From assembly GCA_963662545.2 (NCBI GenBank), contig CAXXLL010000003.1, positions 2,272,001-2,336,000 of the forward strand: a stretch of DNA of 64,000 nucleotides, given 5' to 3'. How positions within the stretch are numbered: the first letter of the stretch is position 1; each line of letters opens with the position of its first letter. The notes under the pieces are model-generated. The model worked only from the letters and a program-made list of their open reading frames with translations. It was not told the origin of the DNA and ran no database searches. Made by a program: the position numbers and the translations under genes. This stretch comes from Gammaproteobacteria bacterium (GTDB lineage Bacteria > Pseudomonadota > Gammaproteobacteria > Ga0077536). Below, one piece after another: positions 53,624-62,891 of the stretch.

Positions 53624-53997
53624 CAATGAAGCGCTACGGCGCGCCACAAGTCATCGTGACGGACCGACTACGTTCCTACGGTGCCGCGATGAAGGTCATG
53701 GGGTCGAGGGTCGTCAGCTTTGTGGTCGGTGGCTCAACAATCGAGCCGAAAACTCACACCCACCGTTCCGCCGACGAGAAGGAGTGATGGCCAGGTTCAG
53801 AGACATCGAGACCCTGCATAAATTCGCCTCCATCCATGCTTCGACCCACAATCACTTTCACCACGAATGTCATCTCAACCGCCGCGATATTTTTTTACAA
53901 GACCGGGCCGGTGCCCTGGCCGAGTGGCGTCAACTTGCAGCCTGACAGTCCTCAATTGTAGGTTCTACAGGTCTGATCTAGTTAGTCTGGCAATGCC
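53624..53997 (+). mobile_element. IS6-family transposase 3' remnant with right end
   Basis: IVTDRLRSYGAA, frameshift, GRWLNNRAENSH.PFRRRE, ALAEWRQLAA; ends ...gcaatgcc. Confidence 0.85.
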
Positions 53998-54037
53998 CAA
54001 CGGCGGGTTGACTAAAAACAATTCGCTCACACAGTTC

Positions 54038-54072
54038 GCTACCGGCTACCGGCTACCGGCTACCGGCTACCG
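54038..54072 (+). repeat. Heptamer tandem repeat (GCTACCG)x5
   Basis: Five perfect units read directly. Confidence 0.95.
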
Positions 54073-54104
54073 AAACACTGCCGGCCATCGAGGCGTTAGC
54101 CCAT

Positions 54105-56567
54105 TGTTGAGTTGCATCGAAAAGTGATCCGGGATTTGCATTGAAAATTGACCCACCCGGAAGAGCCAGTATGGCTCGTTACTTTGATAATTTTCTAGTC
54201 TTCTTTTCCTTTTTCTCGCGTATTGAACTGTTTTTGAATCGATAGCTATCATTGCCAGTCTCAGCGATATGGCAGTGATGCGTGAATCGGTCCAAAAGTG
54301 CGGTCGTCATTTTCGGGTCGACGAACACGCTCGACCATTCAGAAAAACTGAGATTCGTCGTGATGACGACGCTGGTACGTTCGTATAGCTTGCTCAGTAA
54401 ATGGAAGAGCAATGCGCCGCCCGCTCGCGAGAATGGTAAATAACCGAGTTCATCGAGAATGACGAGATCGGCATGGACAAGACGATTAGCCATTTGTCCG
54501 GGTTTGCCGTCTGCCTTTTCTTGCTCAAGCAGGTTGACAAGTTCGATGGTAGAGAAGCAGCGAACGCGCAGATGAAGATGTCTGATCGCATGGACGCCAA
54601 TCGCCGTTGCTAAATGGGTCTTGCCTGTCCCAGGTCCGCCGATGAACACGACGTGGTGTGCGTCGTCGATGAAATCACCGGCATGGAGAGAACCAGCGTT
54701 TGGTCAACGGCGCTCTCGGCGCAGTTGAAACCAGCCAAGTCACGGTATGCCGGGAAGCGAGCCACTTTCATTTGATAGTTGATCGAGCGCACTTCACGCT
54801 CTGCAACTTCCGCTTTGAGCAGTGACTCTAGCAGCGGCTCGGCTTGGTGATAAGCGGGCGCTTGTTGTTGAGCGAGTTCACCGATAGCGTCAGCCATGCC
54901 GTGAAGTTTTAACGATTTTAAGGTCGTCACCATGGCCTCAGCTGGCATGCATGCGCTCCCGTAAGTGATCGTAGCGATCGACATTGGCTTGCGGCTCTGC
55001 AGTCAAACTTAATCCAGCCGGCGTGTCGATAGGCGCCGGCGCGGTTGCTGCGAGCAACCGGTTTAGAATATTTATAACGTGCTGCTTCGATGGTGCGCCG
55101 GTTTCAAGCGCGAGTTCTACCGCACACAACACGGTCTGTTCGTCGTGGTGTAACACCAACGCCAGGATGTCGACCATCTCGCGGTCTCCTCCAGGACGTT
55201 TGAGCAGCATTGACTGGAGGCGTTTGAAGGCTGCTGGCAGTTCCGCAAATGGTGCACCGTTGCGCAATGCACCCGGTTTGCGTTGTAGCACCGCCAGATA
55301 ATGACGCCAGTCGTATAACACTTGCGCCACACGGTCATGGCCTTGCGCAAACAATCGAGGATGTTCAACGACTGGATGACCTTCGGCGGCAACGACGAGG
55401 CGGTCCGCGTAAACCCGTAAGCTCACAGCATGGTTCGCGAAAGCCGCGGGCACGCTGTAACGATTACGTTCGAACGCGATCAAACACGTTGGCGAGACGC
55501 GTTTGGTGTGTTCGATGAATCCATCAAACGGTGGTGGCATCCGCATCAGCGCCGGTCGTTCATCCGCCCAGACCTCAGCGATGGTCTGTGTCGGCTGCTC
55601 CGGATGGCGGACTTCGTGCCATAGAGTCTGACAACGCGCACTCAACCAGGTGTTGAGTTCGTCCAGGTCGGCAAACTTCGGCGCGTCGTGCCACAGTCGC
55701 GACCGTGAGTCTCTCACCCCTTTCTCGACCTGGCCCTTCTCCCAGCCGGCGGCGGGGTTACAAAATGTGGCCTCGAATAAGAAGTGACTGGCCATTGCTT
55801 GGAAACGCGCGTTGACCGCTCGGGCTTTGCCTCGGCCGACACGATCCACCGCCGTCTTCATGTTGTCGTAAATGCCGCGCTGCGGCACACCGCCGAGCAC
55901 CGCTAACCCGTGGTTGTGGGCGTCGAAGAGCATCTCGTGGGTCTGCAACGGGTAGGCCCTGAGGATGAACGCACGGCTATAAGACAGCTTGAAATGCGCG
56001 ACCATCAGCTTACGGCGCTCGCCACCGATCACTGCCCAATCTTCCGACCAATCAAACTGGAACGCTTCTCCTGGTGCAAACACCAGCGGGACAAACGCGG
56101 CGCGGCTCGCTTTTACTGCTTCTTGCTGCTGCGCCCGCCAAGCTCGTGCGAACGCGGCGACCCGGTCGTAGGAACCACGATACCCCAGGTGAACCAAGTC
56201 CCTGTAGAGCTGGCGTAAATTGCGCCGTTGTTTGCGACTCCGCCCTGATTCCCGCGTTAACCAAGACGACAGTACGTCCGCGTAGTCATCTATTTTGCTA
56301 GGCGTTTTGCGCGTCGGATACACCGGCTCAACCTCACCGTTGGCCAGATACTTGCGGATTGTGTTTCTGGATAGCTTCGTCCGTCGTGCTATCTCTCGGA
56401 TCGATAGGCCCTCGCGAAAGTGCCATCGCCTAATTACGCTTAATAAATCCACCGTTATCACTCCTTTTGTCTCCTGCTCGATTCCGAGCAGGATAGGGTC
56501 TATGGGTGGATCAAAATTAGATGCAAATACCTACCTCAAGTGGATCACTTTTAAGTGCAAATCAACA
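54105..56567 (-). mobile_element. IS21-family element, diverged type A isoform (istA 54938-56461 intact; istB 54179-54948 frameshifted near 54690)
   Basis: Same tgttga/tcaaca ends; IstA closely similar to 50799-52322. Confidence 0.95.
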
Positions 56568-56777
56568 TAGATGCCCACGACAGCGAGTCAAGACCGCATG
56601 GCATCCTCTCTGCATGCTGCAATGCATTGTGAATGCGCAGTAAGGTATTGCAACGTCCCGTATCACCCACGAATGACTTGAATTGAACATCGAAGTTGAG
56701 CACGTCGTGGAATAGCTGGTGCGCAGAGCCAGGGCAGTCGAAACCCTACTCCGTGCCGGCCAAATTGGAGACCGCCA

Positions 56778-57946
56778 TGAGCGAATACGATCCTCTTCCG
56801 CCTGGGCCTGACGGCCAATACATAGCCCATCCCAAAGCGATGGGGCAATTGGCTAACCGCCTCAAGGCATCACCCGAGGAATTGGCCGTATGGGTATTTA
56901 TGGGACCGGAACTTGGCGGTCTTCGTGCCTACCTCAATGCCAATGAGCTCGATCCGCCGCCCGAGTTTTGTTTTGATCCGTACCTGGGAGACGACCCATA
57001 TTGCCTAGATTACCTGTCACCCTTGGTGGCGTGCTGGTTTCGGCAACAGGACATCCTGAATTTCAGTCCTACCAGGCGGTTCATCGCAGGCCGAGCGCTC
57101 ATGGACCGCTGGCGCCCGCATTTGGGCATGCAAGTCGAGGCGTTCATACGTGCCAAAATTGAGGAGGACCGCCTTCTAGACATTCATCCGATTTCTGGCT
57201 TGACGCAAGGAAGTATGTCCGGCGACAAGTGGTATCCGCCCATCTCGAGCGGCTTATTTGAGCTGTCTAAAATTGAAGCCATCGAAAAGGAGGATTTTAA
57301 CCTCGCGGAGAGTGGTACATCAGAGACGACTGCAAACGGGCAAGCGGGATGTGGTATCGCCCCGGACGCAAACCTGGGAGGAGCAACTGATCCTTGCGCC
57401 GAATTCCGCGCGATGGAACATCTCGAGCCTAGCGATGTCACCATCGCATTTGTCGGCGATCGAAATGATGACGGGCTGGGGGCAAATAACATGCTCGAGA
57501 TTTCTGCGCGCGGCATCAAAAAACGCGTTTCTCTCGCGGAACTTGATCTCATCAATAGACGAACTGGCCGGTTGAATTGCCAAGGCGGCATCCTTTGGGG
57601 CTTGGCGAAAAAACACATGCTGCCGCGGAGTGATAAGAATGTGAAAAGGATGTCCCGGTTGCGGTCGTCGCTGCGCTATTGCCTCGGTCTGCGTGGAGAT
57701 CCGTTTGAGGACTACAAGCTCGGAGGCAGTTGGCAGCCTAGGTTCCAGATCGATGACAGGCGAGGTGCGGCGGATGAACGCGCCAGGAGAGCGGCTGAAA
57801 AACGCACGGAATCCTTTGAGCAAGCCATTGAGCGCGGCGACCAATTCACAGACTCGGACGACTCGATGAGGTCTGTCGACCATGAGGGGGACGACGCTGC
57901 TGTGTGGCTGGATAAGCGTGATTCTGGATTGGCCGGCAGTGCGTGA
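56778..57946 (+). CDS. Hypothetical protein upstream of alpA
   Basis: ggaga RBS before ATG 56778; ~390 aa; typical position for an element regulator. Confidence 0.7.
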
Positions 57947-58052
57947 CAAGTCATCGTGACAACATGACAAGTCAGCGACTTGTCATGACAAACGCAACCT
58001 CCCTCATTCCCCTGTTTTTCAGTCACTTAGGTGGAGTCGTGTGACATGTCAC
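57943..58052. promoter_or_regulatory. Cluster of TGACA boxes and palindromes upstream of alpA
   Basis: catgacaagtc-agc-gacttgtcatg (57963-57987), gtgacatgtcac (58041-58052) and further tgaca copies. Confidence 0.6.
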
Positions 58053-58100
58053 GTGTAATGTTATGCAGCATGGTGCTGTGCGATGCCAGGAGGTTTGCGC

Positions 58101-58343
58101 ATGACTTACACGATTCTTCGCTTGAGGGAAGTTCTCAGACGACGCGGTAGATCGAGAAGTGCGCATTACATGGATGTGGGCGCGCGCTTGTTTACGAAAC
58201 CGGTAGCGATCGGCGCCCGTGCGGTTGGCTGGCCCGAACGCGAAGTCGATACGCTCAATGCGGCTCGTATCGCCGGTAAATCAGACGATGAGATCCGGGC
58301 GCTCGTCGTACAACTCGAGGCTGCGCGCAGGGCCGCGGCGTAA
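58101..58343 (+). CDS. alpA: AlpA-family phage regulatory protein / excisionase
   Basis: ILRLREV..RRGRSRS.HY.....LFTKPV.IGARAVGWP..EV; aggagg RBS. Confidence 0.92.
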   Translation: MTYTILRLREVLRRRGRSRSAHYMDVGARLFTKPVAIGARAVGWPEREVDTLNAARIAGKSDDEIRALVVQLEAARRAAA

Positions 58344-58355
58344 GAGTTTCCCGCC

Positions 58356-61031
58356 ATGCGTTCGATTCTGACATCTCTGCCGGACGACGGCGGTGAAACC
58401 GAAACCGGTCTCGTTCATAACGGAGATTTTCTCGCGGCGGTATTTCGCCACGAGCTGGGCGATGCGCGGCCGCTGCTCGTCAGTTTCGAGGGTGACCCGG
58501 AGAACGTTCCCAGCACGGCATGGTCCGGGCGACCGTGGACGGGCACCCGTGACGACGCGATCAACTGCGCGGCTGGCGCGAATAATTACTTTACCTTGGC
58601 GACTTTCAGACCCGATGACACGGGGCGGTATCGCCCACAGAAGTCGCGCTTTCACGCGCTGTATGCAGTGATGCTCGACGACGTGGGCACAAAAGTCGTG
58701 ACGGAACCGCCGCCCCTTCAACCATCTTGGCTGTTGGAAACGTCGCCCGGTAACCATCAAGCAGGCTATCTCCTGAGCGAGCCGTTAAGCAACGGAGCGG
58801 CGGTCGACCGGCTGATGAATGCGATCATCGATGCCGGATTGTGTGGCCCCGGTGCGAATGGTCCGCGCTCGCGATTGGCTTGGCTGCCCTGCGCGAGCAA
58901 TGGAAAGCATGCGCCGCCGTTCCCTTGCCGCCTGATCGAATGGTTGCCCGGCTTGCGCTACTCGATCGATGAATTGGTCGATGGTTTGGAACTCGAGACC
59001 TCGCGCGCAAGGCGGCCCAGGGGTCGAGGATCCCGGCCGGCCCGACAGCGTCCGACTGACGGGGATCCTGTCTGTATAGCGCACCCCGAGGAGAATGCGC
59101 TGCTCGCCGCACTGCGCGACCGTGGCGCCCATTTCGTTCTCGCCCGGTCCGACAAGCGACCAATCACGCGCGGCTGGCTGAACTCGGCGCCAAGCTACGA
59201 GGCCGTATTGTCTCACGTTCGCAAAGGCGGACTCCTTGGAGTTGTCGCGTCGTCTCTCGGATGCGTTGTGGTGGACCTCGACAAAGGCCACCCCAGCACC
59301 GTGATAAACGTACTCGGCTCTCCCCTCTGCATCGTCGAGACACCTCGAGGTCATCATCTTTGGTATCGGGCCCCGAGTGGTGAGATTGGTAACCGGATAT
59401 GGGCGCTTGACGGCGCACACGGAGACATCCGTGGCTCGAAGGGTTCAATCATCCTTTGGAACGTCGCGGTCGTGGCCGCCGGATTGAGTCGCGTCGACGA
59501 TGCGGTCCCGGTGGAGTTGTCGAAGATTCCGAGGACACCATCGAAGCGGAAGCAACGCGGGCCCGATGCGGTTCGGGCGGCGAAGCCGGGCGATCGCAAC
59601 GGGACTTTGAATCGCGAGGTGTTCACGGCGGCAAAGGCTCGCAATCTCGACCGTGAAGCCTTCCAAGAGGCCGGTGTAGAAGCCGGGCTCCCTCTGTCGG
59701 AGGTGGTCGCCACTATCGCGAGTGCGGAACAGGCGGGCACCAATGCCGCGAGTTCCAGGCTTGACATCAACCAGCTCGGCGCGATTATCCGGGAGGAAGA
59801 CACCGGACGATGGGCATACACGGCCGGCCGCGGTTGGTACCGCCGCAGCGAAGGTGGATTGTGGCGACGGGACCCGCAAGCGCTAGCGCTACGCAGACGC
59901 TTCCAAGAGTTGATCGATATCGGCATCGCGCAGCGCGGGACTCGTGCTCGGCTCGCGGTCGAAACGGTGGAGCCGGCCTTTGCTGTCGATCCCGAGCGTT
60001 GGGATGCCGAGCCGCACTTGGTCGGCCTGCCGAGCGGGTGGGTATTCGACTTGCGGACCGGACAGGTGGTCGATGGCGGCGATGCTTTCATCACACGGCG
60101 GCTCGGCGTGGTTCCCGAGCGCGGCGAGCCGACCGCATGGCTGAGCTTTCTCGACGAGACCTTCTCATTGACGGGCGAGGCCGACCGGGTGGTCGCGTGG
60201 CTGCGGTGGTGGCTACGACGTTCGCTATCCGGCGATTGCCGTGATGAGTCGCTGGTATTCCTGTTTGGGCCGCGTGGCACGGGAAAATCGACCATTGCCG
60301 AGACGTGGCAACACGTGGTCGGTGAGTACGGCGCGACCGTGCCGGGCGAACGACTGACGAGTGACCGCGGCACTCACCGTCAATGGATCGCGAATCTGGC
60401 GGGCGTGCGGCACGTGTTCGTGAACGAGCTACCGGAACGCGGTCGATGGCAGACTCCGGATCTGAACGCGCTGGTGAGTGGGGAATCGATCACTGCGAAT
60501 TTCATGCGTCAAGGTGACTTCACGTTCCGCTCGCAGGCGCACGTGATCGTCGTGGGCAACCATCGGCCGCGGGTGTCGGCGCAGTCGGGGTTCTGGCGGC
60601 GGCTGCGATTGGTCGAGTGCCGACACGTTCCACGCGTACCGGACGACGGCTTGCAGGAGAGGCTTCGCGGTGAGGCCGGACGCATTCTGCAATGGGTGCT
60701 CGACGGTCCGGAAGCGCAACCGATAAAGCCAGTCGGCATGGACGCGAATGCGCGGACGTACATGGAAGAGGTCGATCATTTGGCGGCCTGGCTCAATGAG
60801 TGCGTGGAGCTCGACGGGAATGCTTTCGAAACTGCCGAGGCGCTTCGATCAAGTTATGAGGCATGGTCCAACCGCGAGGGTATCGACCCGCTAATGAGGC
60901 CGCGAACGCTGGGGATGAAGCTCACCGAACGGTTCGGCGCGGGATTCGACAAGAAGGTGTCTGGCAGGACCGTGAAGTGTCGCGCAGGTGTGAGGCTGCG
61001 AAAGGTTGCGGTTGCGGATGGTCGCGGATAA
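58356..61031 (+). CDS. Primase-helicase: RepB'-like primase, Prim-Pol, PriCT-like, D5-N, SF3 helicase
   Basis: AVMLDDVG and ETSPGNHQ; then KRP, VVDLD, ETPRGHHLWY, GDIRG; GDRNGTL; Walker A GPRGTGKST, VNE, GNHRP, FWRR. Confidence 0.88.
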   Translation: MRSILTSLPDDGGETETGLVHNGDFLAAVFRHELGDARPLLVSFEGDPENVPSTAWSGRPWTGTRDDAINCAAGANNYFTLATFRPDDTGRYRPQKSRFHALYAVMLDDVGTKVVTEPPPLQPSWLLETSPGNHQAGYLLSEPLSNGAAVDRLMNAIIDAGLCGPGANGPRSRLAWLPCASNGKHAPPFPCRLIEWLPGLRYSIDELVDGLELETSRARRPRGRGSRPARQRPTDGDPVCIAHPEENALLAALRDRGAHFVLARSDKRPITRGWLNSAPSYEAVLSHVRKGGLLGVVASSLGCVVVDLDKGHPSTVINVLGSPLCIVETPRGHHLWYRAPSGEIGNRIWALDGAHGDIRGSKGSIILWNVAVVAAGLSRVDDAVPVELSKIPRTPSKRKQRGPDAVRAAKPGDRNGTLNREVFTAAKARNLDREAFQEAGVEAGLPLSEVVATIASAEQAGTNAASSRLDINQLGAIIREEDTGRWAYTAGRGWYRRSEGGLWRRDPQALALRRRFQELIDIGIAQRGTRARLAVETVEPAFAVDPERWDAEPHLVGLPSGWVFDLRTGQVVDGGDAFITRRLGVVPERGEPTAWLSFLDETFSLTGEADRVVAWLRWWLRRSLSGDCRDESLVFLFGPRGTGKSTIAETWQHVVGEYGATVPGERLTSDRGTHRQWIANLAGVRHVFVNELPERGRWQTPDLNALVSGESITANFMRQGDFTFRSQAHVIVVGNHRPRVSAQSGFWRRLRLVECRHVPRVPDDGLQERLRGEAGRILQWVLDGPEAQPIKPVGMDANARTYMEEVDHLAAWLNECVELDGNAFETAEALRSSYEAWSNREGIDPLMRPRTLGMKLTERFGAGFDKKVSGRTVKCRAGVRLRKVAVADGRG

Positions 61032-61105
61032 TCGGTGTTCGTTACGCGCGCGTGTGAGAGGGTATATGGGATTTTGCGCAATCATCCGCAACCGCAACCG
61101 CAACC
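61004..61105. repeat. Inverted repeat with CCGCAA iterons at the primase 3' end (putative ori)
   Basis: ggttgcggttgcggatg (61004-61020) and catccgcaaccgcaacc (61083-61099); extends to 30 bp with 4 mismatches. Confidence 0.7.
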
Positions 61106-61587
61106 GGGAAACGGCGGCGATATCATGGCTCCGGGATCCTGCCGCGGTGTCATGCGGGGGTGCGGGCACCTCAGTCACCAATTCCATCAACTCGGTTATC
61201 GCGACGGCCGTAGGCGGCCGCAGCACACGGACGCCTTCTCCATTCGGTCCTCTAGGCATAGTCGCAAGTCTTGTCCGTCATCAGGATAAATGGGCAGCAG
61301 ATACGGTAATCTAACGGAGGCTTTGGCTCATCGTGGTTTTCGCACTAACGCGTGCCGAGGGGCGCGACGACCGTGGCGACCTATGCGCGGATGATGTGCT
61401 GGGAAAGCGACGCTTGGTTATGCTGAGATGGCGCCGCGTCTGATTCCGCAGGCCAGAAGGAACGCGGTGACGCTCCTCTCTGCTCCCCCCACTTGCCAGA
61501 GAAACGCTTACACCGCTTGGTGATTGCGCTTGGCCGTTGATGGGCTTTGACATGGGGCGAACCCGCACGCGATCTCGCCCCGCACGT

Positions 61588-62020
61588 CTACCATGTGCGC
61601 ACCGCCCTGCGAAACGATCGGTATTCTGGCTTGAACTGGCTGACGCGATGCCCGTTCTGCCCCGATGGGTGCGGGAAGCCTCAGAGGATAGGTGACCGGT
61701 CGAAGCCCAGATGGGGTGAGCACATCTTCCACGGTGCGACAGAGAGGGACGATCAGGCTGTTAGGCAGCTGTTCCAACTCCGACGGTAGGTTGGCATCGG
61801 CGATCTTGGATAACAGCCGCGAATTCGCCACTTTCGATGAACCGCTGTAGTTCTGCCGGTCCTTCAAGATGGGGTAACACAGTGCGGACGAGGAGTGGAG
61901 CTGGCTCGATGCGTCACCGAACAGCGCGGCCGTACTGGCTAGACTCAGACGTGTGGCCACTCCGATCTTAACGAGCCTGTCAATCAGATTCCTGCGCATC
62001 GGTCCCGCGAACGCCATCCG
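61588..62020 (-). pseudogene. Truncated, frameshifted uracil-DNA glycosylase-like protein
   Basis: AFAGPMRRNL...SALCYP...NYSG...IVPL, then GFPHPSGQNGHR in another frame. Confidence 0.6.
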
Positions 62021-62456
62021 CCTAGTCAGCTATCGCGGGTTTGTTTTAGGGCTGCCCGCGCGAGGCGCCGACAGATTGACAAGTGGACCCCTACCGTTGT
62101 GCCTCTGTGCCATTTTGAATCGGAACACCCCCCATCGATGCAAAAATCAGGGTCCCATTAATGCGTACTCCATAACTTCCGGGCGCCACATGGGCGGGCT
62201 CGTGTAACTATCCCCGGTTCGGGCACTCGATAGACGGTCCAGTCGAACATCAGCATATCTTCGTGCTTCTCGGCATCGGACACCTTGGCTGTGTTGACGT
62301 CGTCGTCCAGGCTCACGCCATTGATGAAGTCTGAGCCTGCGCGGCACACGAGCTACCTACGTACCACAAGGAAGGACCCAACATGAGGCTGAAAGCGGCG
62401 CTCAATCAACCCTCGGTAACGAAGATGGTGGTTTGGGCGTCACGAGAGCAGCTTCA

Positions 62457-62524
62457 TGGCTGGTGGTGTCGGTTTCATCGGTTTTGCCGGTTACGAACGG
62501 GGCGGTCGCCGAAAGTGTCACGGC
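62457..62524 (-). repeat. 68-bp motif, copy 2 (inverted relative to 33759-33826)
   Basis: 31-bp identical core ggtgtcggtttcatcggttttgccggttacg. Confidence 0.85.
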
Positions 62525-62891
62525 AAAAAGCCATCAGTAACAGGCTTGCCGACCAGACGAACCAGCTGCTGGCAAGCAGTTGAGCACAGCACCCGTGACC
62601 TCGACCCGGTGTCCATAAAGCGGTTTTACCACTGGCTTGCTAGGCAACCTGGGTATCAGTCGCCATTGTGATATTGCATAGACTGACTCCTCCGATTGGT
62701 CGGAGTCGGATGTGCGCGTGGCGACGGCGAAGCCTGAGCAGTTTGCCTGGCCTTGGATTGGGTGACGTCCCACATCACCACAGCATCTGCGGATGGGGTT
62801 ATCGAGCGCCGCGCTCGCGCTATAGCTTCGATGAAGCTGCAGCCTATTGATCTCATCTGTGGCTGTGCCAATCACGATACGTGGGCTAGGG

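Noticed and set aside
59354-60373. 339-aa minus-strand ORF
   Set aside because: Shadow of the primase-helicase
62670-62790. Possible c-di-GMP-like riboswitch (ggcaaac on the minus strand before an RBS and ATG)
   Set aside because: The remaining consensus elements are absent and the downstream ORF is only 7 codons
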